Source of the DNA: Escherichia phage PBECO4
DNA: 64,000 nt
Sequence record: KC295538
Strand: one strand, 5' to 3'
Under the pieces are notes generated by a model, which saw only the letters and a list, made by a program, of their open reading frames with translations, did no database searches and was not told the DNA's origin. The position numbers and the translations under genes were made by a program. Each line of letters starts with the position of its first letter. Within the stretch, counting starts at the first letter, position 1. Below, one piece after another: positions 20,756-31,298 of the stretch.

Positions 20756-21149
20756 TATATTTATCTTTATAAAAATCCATGATTTTAGTCAACAGTACTG
20801 CAATCGTATAATCTAAATCAGGATAAAGTAAATTGTACTGAAATTCTTCCTCAACACTATAGTTAGTGGTACAGTACTGGTAATCTTTATAACCTATTGA
20901 AAAATAATTCGGATACAATGTACAACGGAAGCGATAAGCTTCATCTGTCATATAATCATTGTATTCAACACAGAAGTATAGTGATTTTGAATTTAATTCG
21001 ATAAGCTCCACGAAACCATCTGGTAATGAATGGTTATAAATTACTGAATCTTCATTAAACCATTCATAGTATTTTTCCAAAAAATCACTAATGGATACAT
21101 CCAGACTTTGTATAGGTGGAGTTATGATAATTTGAACTTCTTTATTCAT
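20745..21149 (-). CDS. EExxFxQxST-motif family paralog (diverged)
   Basis: C-terminal YSVEEEFQYNLLYPDLDYT. Confidence 0.5.
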   Translation of the reverse strand: MNKEVQIIITPPIQSLDVSISDFLEKYYEWFNEDSVIYNHSLPDGFVELIELNSKSLYFCVEYNDYMTDEAYRFRCTLYPNYFSIGYKDYQYCTTNYSVEEEFQYNLLYPDLDYTIAVLLTKIMDFYKDKYNAA

Positions 21150-21649
21150 TTCGACCCCTTACTATATTTCACGTATGGGCTATCATACAGATCATAACTT
21201 TTTTGTGCACGTTCTTTTCGGCGTTCATACATGATTCTATCATACTCTTTAGCTTTCTGATTTGCTTCATTATACAATTTTAAAATTAGCAAAAATGCAT
21301 CAAGATCGGGATAGTTTGCTGGATTGATAGTACTCAGCATAAATCGTTCTTCTTCAGTTCTAGCTAAGTCAAATTCATACTTAATAGTTTTATACCCACT
21401 CCATTTATATATATGCGTTACTTTATTAGTAAGTACATTATATTCAACGAAGTCAGTACTACCATCAAGTACACGAGTAATCTTAATAGATGTACCAATG
21501 ACAATCTGCACAGAACTCATTTCTGAAGTTTTAAAGTAATAAATGTTATTACGGCGAAGATTAACTTCTCGATCTCCAATGCGAACATGCTTAATAACTT
21601 CCATTAATGGTTCTGGGACACCACGAATCGGCATGTTAGTATTCCTCAA
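21146..21649 (-). CDS. EExxFxQxST-motif family paralog
   Basis: ARTEEERFMLSTINPANYPDLDAF followed by a longer C-terminal tail. Confidence 0.5.
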   Translation of the reverse strand: MRNTNMPIRGVPEPLMEVIKHVRIGDREVNLRRNNIYYFKTSEMSSVQIVIGTSIKITRVLDGSTDFVEYNVLTNKVTHIYKWSGYKTIKYEFDLARTEEERFMLSTINPANYPDLDAFLLILKLYNEANQKAKEYDRIMYERRKERAQKSYDLYDSPYVKYSKGSK

Positions 21650-22205
21650 TAACGGTTAGGAATCTATCCCAACCAGTATAAGTGAAATGATCAAAGTATT
21701 GTTTTTCGCCACCTACCATATATACTTCAATTAAACCGTGGTCGAAATAATTTTTTGGTTTTTTAACTTCAGTTACGATTGCTTTATGTCTGAAACCATT
21801 ATAATCAGTATATGTTACAATATCGTGAATTTTGATATTATCAGGTGTATAAGTGTTGGCGTTATTATTGAGAACATGAAGATGATGGTCTACGATTTCT
21901 TTACTGGAAATTACTCCAAATATGTTACCAGAAAATACTTTATTACCATTACAGGTCAATGCCCAGCCATCACCAACTTCAATAGATTCAAATACATAAT
22001 GTGTGCAAATTTTAGATACATCTGACGTATCCCAGTAATCACCATCAAGATTGGTGAATTTATAAACAGTTTTGAGTTTTTCGCCATCAAATGAAAGCAA
22101 TGATACTCCGATAACAACCGTTCCGTCTTTAAGAATAATATTAAATTTATTATTTGTATTAAAGTATGCTTCTGACTCATATGTGTTGAATTTAATAAAG
22201 TTCAT
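21636..22205 (-). CDS. hypothetical protein
   Basis: 189-aa ORF. Confidence 0.5.
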   Translation of the reverse strand: MNFIKFNTYESEAYFNTNNKFNIILKDGTVVIGVSLLSFDGEKLKTVYKFTNLDGDYWDTSDVSKICTHYVFESIEVGDGWALTCNGNKVFSGNIFGVISSKEIVDHHLHVLNNNANTYTPDNIKIHDIVTYTDYNGFRHKAIVTEVKKPKNYFDHGLIEVYMVGGEKQYFDHFTYTGWDRFLTVIEEY

Positions 22206-22252
22206 ATGTTCTCCTTAGTAAGTCATAGTATTATATCAGAGTTTCATTGCAC

Positions 22253-22645
22253 TTACCAGCATGTTTTCATAACTTCTGTGATGTAAATCATTTTATCTTT
22301 TAGTGTGTAAGGGATGCAAATTTCACCTGGGCTTAACGTTGTGTTCTTTTGAAACTCATCTTCTTCGGAATCAGCCAGGTAAAATGGGTGTGTCACAAAG
22401 GTATCATCAACTGGACGATTATGTGGTTTCATTAATGCATCATGATTGACAAAATAATAAGCATCAATATCAGGACGGAAATACAAACAATCAACCTTAA
22501 TGCACGGGTGTAACCATAAGGACAAAGAATATGTTATTTGGTTACCAATTTGTCTTGGGCCTGATGCAATTGTATTGATGTTATTTTTATCTTGTACCAT
22601 TTCATAAATGAAATCTATCATTTCGTGTAGTTCTGATTCAGTCAT
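22253..22645 (-). CDS. EExxFxQxST-motif family paralog (diverged)
   Basis: C-terminal ADSEEDEFQKNTTLSPGEI. Confidence 0.5.
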   Translation of the reverse strand: MTESELHEMIDFIYEMVQDKNNINTIASGPRQIGNQITYSLSLWLHPCIKVDCLYFRPDIDAYYFVNHDALMKPHNRPVDDTFVTHPFYLADSEEDEFQKNTTLSPGEICIPYTLKDKMIYITEVMKTCW

Positions 22646-22655
22646 TTTATTTCCT

Positions 22656-22684
22656 TAAAAAAATACCCAGTACTTGACTGGGTA
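22656..22684 (-). terminator. terminator-like hairpin
   Basis: atacccagt-acttg-actgggtat followed by T-run on minus strand; about 10 nt upstream of gene 22253..22645. Confidence 0.45.
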
Positions 22685-22871
22685 TTTACAAAGTAACGTT
22701 TAATCAGATTTCTTTTCGTAATCTGTAAAAACTGTCAGGATTGTTGCACATAGTGAATCAACTACTGATGCACGTGTGTTATCAAGGTCTTTAGCTAGTG
22801 CTTGAATCTCTTGAAGTTTTACTACTAAGTCGATTTTTTGATTACTCATTACTTCTCCTATTGGATGTTTT

Positions 22872-23162
22872 TTAGATATTAATTTTTATACCACTAAGGT
22901 CTAGAACTTTTTTATTAGATACTGTTTCTGATTCTAATTTAGTTTCTTTTACCTCAGTGTTAATATTTACGTCATCTTTGAGAATATCAGGGATAATACC
23001 ATGTTGAATATCATCGTACATAGAAACAACGGTTTCGGCACAAGATAACATTTCACGAACTTTGTACTGATAACCCTGTGGTAACTCATTGATGATTTCC
23101 ATAATATCTAGTAATTTAGTTTGGACATCAATAAGAATTTTTCTTGATTTTTCTGGTTCCAT
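22872..23162 (-). CDS. hypothetical protein
   Basis: 96-aa ORF. Confidence 0.5.
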   Translation of the reverse strand: MEPEKSRKILIDVQTKLLDIMEIINELPQGYQYKVREMLSCAETVVSMYDDIQHGIIPDILKDDVNINTEVKETKLESETVSNKKVLDLSGIKINI

Positions 23163-23668
23163 TACTCCAACTCCACAACATTACTTTTTTTGGATTTAAT
23201 CACTGATGGTGGCTCATTAACGCTTGTTTGACCACGAAGTGATTTTTCCAACGCAATGATGCGTTTTAAAGTTTTTATTGATGGTCGCTTCTTCGTCAAC
23301 TCAGCTTTTGCTTCTGAATAATATTTTCTTACATATCCATAGGCATAATATTTTGAACCAATGAAAATTTCAGCAACTACTGGATTTGAGTATTGTGTAT
23401 CAATTCCATCTAGATCCGTGTCTACCGAGTAGAATGAAATATTTGTATCACATGCTGAAATTTTAGCCACCAAAAGATTTGCATCGAACTTATCTAAAAT
23501 TAGAGAAATTGTTTTTTCGGCATCAGCACTATATGGCATAGCAGACATTAAAAGTTGGAATGTCTTAAAGTACTTACTTCCACTAATCATGGTATTGAAA
23601 ATCAATCCAATGGTGATTAATGCAAGTGTACCAATACACACAAACAAAAACCAATATTCAACACTCAT
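23162..23668 (-). CDS. hypothetical membrane-anchored protein
   Basis: 168-aa ORF; N-terminal TM helix. Confidence 0.5.
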   Translation of the reverse strand: MSVEYWFLFVCIGTLALITIGLIFNTMISGSKYFKTFQLLMSAMPYSADAEKTISLILDKFDANLLVAKISACDTNISFYSVDTDLDGIDTQYSNPVVAEIFIGSKYYAYGYVRKYYSEAKAELTKKRPSIKTLKRIIALEKSLRGQTSVNEPPSVIKSKKSNVVELE

Positions 23669-23733
23669 TTATAAATCCTCTTACTTTATATGATTAAAAT
23701 GCCCCATCAAAAATGATGAGGCGGTAAGATAAA

Positions 23734-23943
23734 TTACTTACGATTTGCTTTACGCAGTTCAGATAGTTCTTCTTGAAGACTTTTCTTCCATGCAATCAAG
23801 TGAGCAAAACGGATTGGCCTTGCACCAGTACCGTGGAATACTGCTAGAGCTTCTTCTGCTTGATGAATCTGGAATTGAATGTAGTTCACAGTGCGGTCGA
23901 AGTCGGTGATATCTAGTACTTGTGCGTTAGTTTCTTTAGCCAT
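23734..23943 (-). CDS. hypothetical protein
   Basis: 69-aa ORF. Confidence 0.45.
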   Translation of the reverse strand: MAKETNAQVLDITDFDRTVNYIQFQIHQAEEALAVFHGTGARPIRFAHLIAWKKSLQEELSELRKANRK

Positions 23944-24058
23944 TTTAATACCCTTTTATTTCTTTTTTATGAAAAACCCTCATCATTGAGGAATGGTTTG
24001 CATTTTAATATCTGCCGATAACAAACATTATATCACAATATCTGTTCTTGTCCAATTT

Positions 24059-24418
24059 TTAATTATTAGAAAGAACAATTTTTGAAACTGGTAAATCTGT
24101 ATCATTTACACGTTGTTCATTATATCCATTCTGTACAAGAATGTCAATAACTTTAGACTTATCAATTGTAAATGATTCTAACATATCATATCGGTAATAA
24201 CCAATAGTCTGACTGAACTCATATTTTCCTGGCTGTTGACGACAACACGTATTTGTTTCAGCCATAATCTTATTGATTAGGTAATATGTTTCAGTACTAT
24301 CAATATTTGGAATATAGATCTTATCATCAAAATGAATTACTTCATGTTTATTCATAGAGTGATTCAATCTCCGCTTTAAGAATGGAAATGATCTCTTTCT
24401 GAAGGCCAGTAATTTCAC
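24059..24418 (-). CDS. hypothetical protein
   Basis: 119-aa ORF (start may be internal Met). Confidence 0.45.
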   Translation of the reverse strand: MKLLAFRKRSFPFLKRRLNHSMNKHEVIHFDDKIYIPNIDSTETYYLINKIMAETNTCCRQQPGKYEFSQTIGYYRYDMLESFTIDKSKVIDILVQNGYNEQRVNDTDLPVSKIVLSNN

Positions 24419-24617
24419 TGTTCAAAGATGATAGTCGCTTCGATAATGCCATGAATTGCTTTGCATCTTCTTTAGAACGGTCATTTCGTACTTTATCAGA
24501 ACTCCAGTTAGCATATGATTGCTCATCTTTCCTGTTAAGGATATCCCAGTCTAAACGTACTAGTTTACGTTCTTTCTTCAGTTCGCTTAAGCGAGATTTC
24601 ATTTCGTCTTTAGTCAT
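24348..24617 (-). CDS. hypothetical protein
   Basis: 89-aa ORF; charged/coiled-coil-like. Confidence 0.45.
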   Translation of the reverse strand: MTKDEMKSRLSELKKERKLVRLDWDILNRKDEQSYANWSSDKVRNDRSKEDAKQFMALSKRLSSLNSEITGLQKEIISILKAEIESLYE

Positions 24618-24907
24618 TAGATTGTTCCTTTCATGAAGTCTGGAATAACGATTACGATAGGAGGATTATACTCTACATAACCATTTTTTGTCAATAGACT
24701 TTTAATATCTGAAATCACATTATCATGCTGTTCAATATCTTTATCACAAAAGATTTCTAATTCTTTCTGAAACGGTTTTTTAACCGAGATGTTTTGAGTC
24801 AGTGTTTGGATTCTCTGTAACATATCAATTGGATCTGGACTGAACTCATTACCAACATAAAGAGTACCAGATGCATCTTTTTCTAGCAAGACTTCTAAAA
24901 TTTTCAT
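24617..24907 (-). CDS. hypothetical protein
   Basis: 96-aa ORF. Confidence 0.45.
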   Translation of the reverse strand: MKILEVLLEKDASGTLYVGNEFSPDPIDMLQRIQTLTQNISVKKPFQKELEIFCDKDIEQHDNVISDIKSLLTKNGYVEYNPPIVIVIPDFMKGTI

Positions 24908-25740
24908 TTCGTATCCTTCAATTTACTAAAGTTTTCTCGTGTAAATCCAGGAACTGGAAAATATACATCACAGTCAACATCAGGATTCATAATTACCATG
25001 TCATTACATATTATATCACGAATTTTACTGCCGTCCACGATTTTTTGCATTAAATCATTCCATTTTTTACGAGAAATAACGAATGTACTAATTATACATA
25101 AATCATGTCCACGTTTTGAAATATATCCTAGTACTTCATTATCGTAAACAACACGTATGGTAACTTTTCCAATTGTAACCCCTCTTACTGGATTAATACT
25201 AGTATCTTCAAAAATTAATTCTAATTTAAGTTTACCATTCGAAATAAGTGATGAAGTATATTTAGAAACCATTTTATCAATTTCTTGAGTCAAATCATCT
25301 CTACCTAGATATTCAAATACAGAATAAGTTAATTCGTCTGCACCTAGCTGTTGGATAGTTGGAAGCTGTGCAACCATATCTAAAGATACAGGTTCGATAT
25401 ATATTCTTTCAATATCAGAAGATTGTACAAATAGACAACCATCAGGTGTCGTATCTCTAACAATTTCGGCATAATATGTATAAAGATAAAAAACATTAGA
25501 CTCGGATGAGTCAGTTTCTACCCAAATCTCAGATTGTTTCATTTCATCTTTATGAAGAATTCGTTGAGTAAATCCTATGTAAAAACCAAGATATAAATCA
25601 TCATCAGTTTCAAACGGATTAAACATCAAATACGGATATTTGTCAAGGTACTCATTGAACTTACGCTGTACATCTCTATCACAATCCATGATATACTTTC
25701 GGAATTCAGAAATGATTATTTTTTCTAATGACATAATCAA
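24904..25740 (-). CDS. hypothetical protein
   Basis: 278-aa ORF. Confidence 0.55.
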   Translation of the reverse strand: MIMSLEKIIISEFRKYIMDCDRDVQRKFNEYLDKYPYLMFNPFETDDDLYLGFYIGFTQRILHKDEMKQSEIWVETDSSESNVFYLYTYYAEIVRDTTPDGCLFVQSSDIERIYIEPVSLDMVAQLPTIQQLGADELTYSVFEYLGRDDLTQEIDKMVSKYTSSLISNGKLKLELIFEDTSINPVRGVTIGKVTIRVVYDNEVLGYISKRGHDLCIISTFVISRKKWNDLMQKIVDGSKIRDIICNDMVIMNPDVDCDVYFPVPGFTRENFSKLKDTK

Positions 25741-25934
25741 TCCTCAAGATGCATGTAGTACATAAACATCGCCAACCATATAAAAAACCCGAAACAACGA
25801 AGTAAAATATCAATTGTTGGATCTGTCCCACCATTAACTTGGTAAACGATTACTGGGATTGAAGAAATAGCAATAGACACTGTACATAAGATGAATGCAA
25901 CAAACACCTCAAACATAAACTTAATCGTTTCCAT
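25737..25934 (-). CDS. small membrane protein (two predicted TM helices)
   Basis: 65-aa ORF. Confidence 0.45.
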   Translation of the reverse strand: METIKFMFEVFVAFILCTVSIAISSIPVIVYQVNGGTDPTIDILLRCFGFFIWLAMFMYYMHLED

Positions 25935-26493
25935 TATTATCCTTCAATGTGTAGTGTAGTACATCTAAAAAGTTATACATTGATTCATTACGCACAACCT
26001 TGATTGTTAAATTACGACAACCCAACATACGTTTGAGGCGACGCTTCACCGCAGTTAAATCATGTGTACTATTCGTATACAGACCATTAACCTGACCTGG
26101 AACAGTTGGCACATGAAGAATGTAATCATAATTCATTAGTAAGCGTTGATTATATTTCTTTAATGCTTGCTTGTATTCTGAAATATTTTCAAAGAATGTA
26201 CAATAACGGTCGTAACGATTCATTTTATTCAAAATTGAAATACGAAAAGCGTTACCACTATTCCAATCATCTTCAGTTGGGTTTGGGTTGATATGTGCCA
26301 TGTTAGCTGTACTGTACCCACCACTTGTGAAAACTTCAGAATATCCATTCTCAAAAACATACAATGTTGCTTTGTGGCCTCTGAATTTTTTACGGTACTT
26401 TGACAGTACTTGAATGTGATTACGCTTGGACTTGTACATCTCGTAACCTTCATAATCTGAACTGAATTCACAAATTTTATCAACACCAGCCAT
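25921..26493 (-). CDS. hypothetical protein
   Basis: 190-aa ORF. Confidence 0.5.
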   Translation of the reverse strand: MAGVDKICEFSSDYEGYEMYKSKRNHIQVLSKYRKKFRGHKATLYVFENGYSEVFTSGGYSTANMAHINPNPTEDDWNSGNAFRISILNKMNRYDRYCTFFENISEYKQALKKYNQRLLMNYDYILHVPTVPGQVNGLYTNSTHDLTAVKRRLKRMLGCRNLTIKVVRNESMYNFLDVLHYTLKDNNGND

Positions 26494-26693
26494 TTCGTAT
26501 ATCCTCGTTTAATTAATATAGGAGTATTATACATACTCCATTTTCATGTGTCAAGCTTTATAATACGGAAGACTTTTTACTAAAGATTCAGACGTATTAT
26601 TTTTTACCCATGTACTACCGTTGTCATTAGATACGTATCCAGTACCATTAATAAATTTACGCATAATACCAGTAAAAATATTAGTATACACCA

Positions 26694-26891
26694 TTACTCA
26701 GTATCCTTTGGTTTAGAATGTAAACCATACTTTTCATCATAACGATCATAGGTAGTACCATTAGTACTAGCTTTGATGCTTTCAGTACGATTGATTGGTT
26801 CAATCTTAACACCACGATAACCAATCTCTTCTTTAAATTGTTCCCATGATTCACGTAGACTCATTTTAGCCCCTTTTGTTATTTCATACAC
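26694..26891 (-). CDS. hypothetical protein
   Basis: 65-aa ORF. Confidence 0.4.
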   Translation of the reverse strand: MYEITKGAKMSLRESWEQFKEEIGYRGVKIEPINRTESIKASTNGTTYDRYDEKYGLHSKPKDTE

Positions 26892-27024
26892 TCACGTAGG
26901 TCAATCTTTTCTACTGACCCACCGAGCACTAGATAGTGAAAATTAGAATCTTTGTTTGCCATATTCAAAAGATCTGCTTTCTGTTGAAGCGTAAAGCGTG
27001 AAGTACTGTTACGTACTGGCATAG

Positions 27025-27468
27025 TTACTCCTTAAAGTAGATATCACGAATTTGTTTAATCATCTCTAACTCTTGAAGTCCTATCATACCAAAGTCTTCT
27101 TGTATTGTCAACTGCTGAAAGTACATTTCTTCTAAATTATTGTACGGAATCTCAACAAGATTCAAAGGCTCACTTTCCACACGATAAATTGTATCTTGTA
27201 CATCATGTTTTTCGATATGAATACTAAATGTATCTTTTTGAATTCTAAATTTATAAAATGTTTGATTTGTTGTAAACAAACCAACTTTAGGATGGAATCC
27301 CATTTGAATACACAAACAATCTTCATCCTTATATTTCAAGTATATAGCTTTTGACGTTGCTAGTACTTTAGATTTTGGGAAATAAAAATCACCCATCAGC
27401 TTCTGACGTTTCCAGTCCTCATATACAACTGGATGCTTAACCTTCTTCAATTGGTGCAGTACTGTCAT
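27025..27468 (-). CDS. EExxFxQxST-motif family paralog
   Basis: C-terminal NNLEEMYFQQLTIQEDFGMIGLQEL. Confidence 0.55.
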   Translation of the reverse strand: MTVLHQLKKVKHPVVYEDWKRQKLMGDFYFPKSKVLATSKAIYLKYKDEDCLCIQMGFHPKVGLFTTNQTFYKFRIQKDTFSIHIEKHDVQDTIYRVESEPLNLVEIPYNNLEEMYFQQLTIQEDFGMIGLQELEMIKQIRDIYFKE

Positions 27469-27848
27469 AGTTTTTTCCAGTCCAATGAATCGAAATCGAT
27501 TTGTTCAGGATTATCAACAGCGACAACTCGTGCATTATGAAGAGTTTCAAAGTAGCCGTTCCACGGTGTACGTACTGGAATTTTTTCATCTCCAATTTTT
27601 ACAAAGAAAGAGAATTCACATGACATTGGATCAAACCATTCTTTATGTTTGGCTTCATCGATTATTGTCGCACGTTCGTTACTATATGCATCATCGAGTT
27701 TCTTAAAGAATACCCAATGCTCTTTCAAAGACTGTAATGCTACAACTGCCTCATCCTTTGATTCCCATTGAACATCCAATGTATTGGTAACTGAATCTTC
27801 AGTTTCAGTGTCCCCTGTAGTGTAATGTACTTCAATGCTGTATTTCAT
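27465..27848 (-). CDS. hypothetical protein
   Basis: 127-aa ORF. Confidence 0.5.
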   Translation of the reverse strand: MKYSIEVHYTTGDTETEDSVTNTLDVQWESKDEAVVALQSLKEHWVFFKKLDDAYSNERATIIDEAKHKEWFDPMSCEFSFFVKIGDEKIPVRTPWNGYFETLHNARVVAVDNPEQIDFDSLDWKKL

Positions 27849-28303
27849 TAATCATCGCCTTTTAGTAATTTACAAATTTCAATCATATGATAATAACATG
27901 TATTCCAAAATTGTCCATTAGTACTTCCAACATCATGCACAGTACTTTGTTGGAAAACATATTCATCGTTGAACATCATTTTAATATCATCAATGTAAAA
28001 TTCTGGTTTTGAATCATTATTGTATTCAATACTCGTTTCACCATCTGGATCAAGTGAAATTGATGATATGTCGTGAATTCCTCTCGGATTTGTTGGATAA
28101 ATTCTCAACGTAAGAGGATAGAAGTCTGGATCGGTTTCATAAGTATATTCGATTATGTAATAACCATCACCAGTAATTGATTGATATTTAAATGTAGTTT
28201 CAATTGAATTTGAGATGTTAAATCCCAGTTTCTTTATCTCATCTACATGAGATAATATTTTATGTAAAGTTCCTAAAACATGAATCAAATTATCAATTTT
28301 CAT
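27848..28303 (-). CDS. EExxFxQxST-motif family paralog
   Basis: C-terminal FNDEYVFQQSTVHDVGSTNGQF. Confidence 0.55.
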   Translation of the reverse strand: MKIDNLIHVLGTLHKILSHVDEIKKLGFNISNSIETTFKYQSITGDGYYIIEYTYETDPDFYPLTLRIYPTNPRGIHDISSISLDPDGETSIEYNNDSKPEFYIDDIKMMFNDEYVFQQSTVHDVGSTNGQFWNTCYYHMIEICKLLKGDD

Positions 28304-28842
28304 TTACGAACCTTTGAAAAGTTTAGTTTAAAAGATTTACCAAATTCCATTGTAGCTTTACCCAGATTGTTAATATTTTCCTTTAACATTTCTTGCATCT
28401 TATTCATACTTTCAATCCAAGCTTCTTCTTCGATACGAAGAATTGGTCGCAATCGTTCCTGAATATCGATAAAACGTGTATTGAGTTCTACTAATGATTC
28501 ATATGTGAAATCTTTCATGTCGATAATAGTACTTCGTTGAAAGAATTCTTCTTCGGATAAATTACTTAAAATGATTTTATCACGACCAATAGATAATGTC
28601 AATTCATCATCTTTATTTTTTTTAATTACAATACTAACAGGTGTTTTTAATGTAATGCAAATATCATGATTATTAAATGTTTCAGTTTGGTTTGACATTC
28701 TGAATTGAAGTTTCCCAGATAAAGCATGTACTGGTGATGGTTTCTTTTTACCAGTAATAACATCTTCCCATGAATCGAGAATATTATTAATAATTTTAAC
28801 ATAAGGAATTGGCATATATGCACCTATGAAAAATCCACGCAA
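28300..28842 (-). CDS. EExxFxQxST-motif family paralog with C-terminal extension
   Basis: LSEEEFFQRSTIIDMKDFTYESL then about 60-aa tail. Confidence 0.55.
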   Translation of the reverse strand: MRGFFIGAYMPIPYVKIINNILDSWEDVITGKKKPSPVHALSGKLQFRMSNQTETFNNHDICITLKTPVSIVIKKNKDDELTLSIGRDKIILSNLSEEEFFQRSTIIDMKDFTYESLVELNTRFIDIQERLRPILRIEEEAWIESMNKMQEMLKENINNLGKATMEFGKSFKLNFSKVRK

Positions 28843-28857
28843 TGCGTGGATTTGTAA

Positions 28858-29388
28858 TTATTCAAGTATAGTAATTTCAATTAAACGAATTTCGATAAAC
28901 TCGTTTTCAGTTTCCCATGACGTGCCAAATTTCTTTTCAAGTTCAGATTTCACATCACTTTTAAATTTTCCCATAGTATTAGGAATAATTTGTTTGGTTA
29001 ATTTGTCGTAACCACAATAAAACATAGGTTTCTCCCTTCGAGATATTAGCTGAACAAAATCTTTTGGATATGCAGGTATGTTATGCATCACTTCATGAAT
29101 ACACTCAGTACTTGAATCTTGTACTTTGTACATTACATTAAGTTTACCTCTGAAATTTGCGGTCATATCAACAATAGTTCCTTTACCCGATTTAAGTAAA
29201 GTTCCATTCTTTGAATGAGAGCAATAAAATACCTCATCACCAATATTAGGATAATACAAATTAAATTCTAATTCAGATTTTACAGCCAGCCGTTTGAAAC
29301 TTTCTGTACGTTTTATATAAGTTTGGTATTTGTTTATGTTCAAAAGAATATCTCTCTTAGTAAATGTGATATAACTGGCATAGTCCAT
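28858..29388 (-). CDS. hypothetical protein
   Basis: 176-aa ORF. Confidence 0.5.
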   Translation of the reverse strand: MDYASYITFTKRDILLNINKYQTYIKRTESFKRLAVKSELEFNLYYPNIGDEVFYCSHSKNGTLLKSGKGTIVDMTANFRGKLNVMYKVQDSSTECIHEVMHNIPAYPKDFVQLISRREKPMFYCGYDKLTKQIIPNTMGKFKSDVKSELEKKFGTSWETENEFIEIRLIEITILE

Positions 29389-30200
29389 CCATTCCCAAGC
29401 ATTTTGTATGCTTGTGTCTTACTAGACACTTTAAAGAAATCTTCAGGAACACCCTGTAATTTACAACATTCTACTACACTTAAGTGTCTATAGTCAATAT
29501 TTCTTTTGCCATTCTCTAATAGATATTGACGACTGATCACTGGGTCACGAAACACCAATTGTCGTCTGGATTTATTAAAGTACTGGTTACAATCACCACC
29601 TTTAAAATAGTTAGCATCTATACAGTACGAAGCGGTTCTGTCAGTGTACCAACCATCTTCAATAATATCTTGAAGTTTAGGTGCATTGGATAATGCAGGT
29701 GGTATAAAAAGCTTATCAGTACTGTACCAGTAATATCTCTGCCTGAAGTGAGGCGTATAATGCTGGGAGTTTATCAGTACTGGCGTGATTCCTAAAATAC
29801 TATTAATGTATTCTTTGAAATCTTCTTTCATTTTAACATTTTCAAACAGAAATTTCAAGTTAGGATTAAGACTTTTGATATGATCAAAAATTTCAACCAT
29901 TACTAAAAATAACTGCCCACGTATATCATTTAAACCACCCTGTTTACCTGCTACTGACCAGGCTTGGCATGGGAAACCACCCATTAATAAATCTATTTTG
30001 TCCCACTCAATATCCCATTCTCTCCACTTAGTTACATCACCCAATTGGATAATATCAGGAAAGTTAGATTGAGATTCAGCTATTGCGTACTTATCAATTT
30101 CGGATGAATAATATTTTTCAACTGGGATACCAGCATCTTGCAATGCCATATATCCCACACTCATTCCATTAAAAAGAGAAAGTACTCGGATAGGTTTCAT
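29340..30200 (-). CDS. DNA (cytosine-5)-methyltransferase
   Basis: 286 aa; motif I LSLFNGMSVG, motif IV GGFPCQAWS, ENV motif LFENVK, QxRxR-like FRQRYYW. Confidence 0.85.
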   Translation of the reverse strand: MKPIRVLSLFNGMSVGYMALQDAGIPVEKYYSSEIDKYAIAESQSNFPDIIQLGDVTKWREWDIEWDKIDLLMGGFPCQAWSVAGKQGGLNDIRGQLFLVMVEIFDHIKSLNPNLKFLFENVKMKEDFKEYINSILGITPVLINSQHYTPHFRQRYYWYSTDKLFIPPALSNAPKLQDIIEDGWYTDRTASYCIDANYFKGGDCNQYFNKSRRQLVFRDPVISRQYLLENGKRNIDYRHLSVVECCKLQGVPEDFFKVSSKTQAYKMLGNGWTMPVISHLLREIFF

Positions 30201-30252
30201 ATAAAATCCTTTTTATATTGTTAAGGTACTATAATATATTATAGCATCTTAT

Positions 30253-30543
30253 TTAGAAATCTTCCAAACTTTTTTCATCACACCATCGTGATGTACAGAT
30301 GATTGCAGATGCCAGAATTGAAGCACTTGCACGTCCTCCACCGAGTAAGTACTGGCTAATTACGCCAATCATATTGAACACTTTATCATACTCGGTTAGT
30401 TGTTCAAAACCTTTCTTCCAATGCTGATATTCTTCTTCTGTGACATTAAACTCACCATCAAGTTCCTTTAAAATCTTTTTAAGCACAGCACTATGTTCAC
30501 TCATCATCATCTCCATATCGTTCGTCATAAAAATCATCATCAC
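30253..30543 (-). CDS. hypothetical protein
   Basis: 96-aa ORF. Confidence 0.45.
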   Translation of the reverse strand: MMMIFMTNDMEMMMSEHSAVLKKILKELDGEFNVTEEEYQHWKKGFEQLTEYDKVFNMIGVISQYLLGGGRASASILASAIICTSRWCDEKSLEDF

Positions 30544-30582
30544 GATCTAATGGTTCTTTTGGCTTTTCAGACATATATTTCC

Positions 30583-30843
30583 TCACATGGTAAAGGTATT
30601 ATCACCATCCATATCTTCATCAGTTGCTTCAGCTAATGTCTTGATTGTAAGTAATCCACGCTTCACGTACAACATGAAGACCTTTTCATAATTACCAAAC
30701 ATAATCTCAGGTGACATGTAATTCTCTGTTACAATGACGATTGGACGGCCCTGTGAAAGCATACGAAACATAGTACGATATTTGTCAAATGTGCGAAATT
30801 CATCCATGTTCATCATGTGGCGTTTACGAACTACTTTAGTCAT
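30583..30843 (-). CDS. hypothetical protein
   Basis: 86-aa ORF. Confidence 0.45.
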   Translation of the reverse strand: MTKVVRKRHMMNMDEFRTFDKYRTMFRMLSQGRPIVIVTENYMSPEIMFGNYEKVFMLYVKRGLLTIKTLAEATDEDMDGDNTFTM

Positions 30844-30857
30844 CTTAATACCTTTAG

Positions 30858-31298
30858 TTAATTGAACTCTACTTCTGGATAATGATTATAGAACATCTCA
30901 CGAACTGCGTCAAGATGTTCTTGAAATTGTTTTATATCTTCTAATGATGGTGCATCAATAACAGTGCTAAGTTGAAACAACGATTCTTCTGTGTTATATA
31001 GTGACATATCAAATGAGTTATTGTTGTCATCAGTTATGATATTATCACAAATTTCGTATGTGTCAATACAAACATCATCAAGTGTTGTATTATCATATAC
31101 AGTGTATACGAATACAAAAATAAAAGAAGAATGTTCTTTACCATAACGCGGTGGGTCATATGTCACATAGCATTTGTGGTCAAATGTATCGAGTTCCATA
31201 GACACCACCCCAGCTTCACGATATTCATTAGTTTCACTGGTAAGATCCGGTATTGATGTTATCGAAAGTAAGTGGAGAAATTTACTTGGATTTAGCAT
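30858..31298 (-). CDS. EExxFxQxST-motif family paralog
   Basis: C-terminal YNTEESLFQLSTVIDAPSLEDI. Confidence 0.55.
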   Translation of the reverse strand: MLNPSKFLHLLSITSIPDLTSETNEYREAGVVSMELDTFDHKCYVTYDPPRYGKEHSSFIFVFVYTVYDNTTLDDVCIDTYEICDNIITDDNNNSFDMSLYNTEESLFQLSTVIDAPSLEDIKQFQEHLDAVREMFYNHYPEVEFN

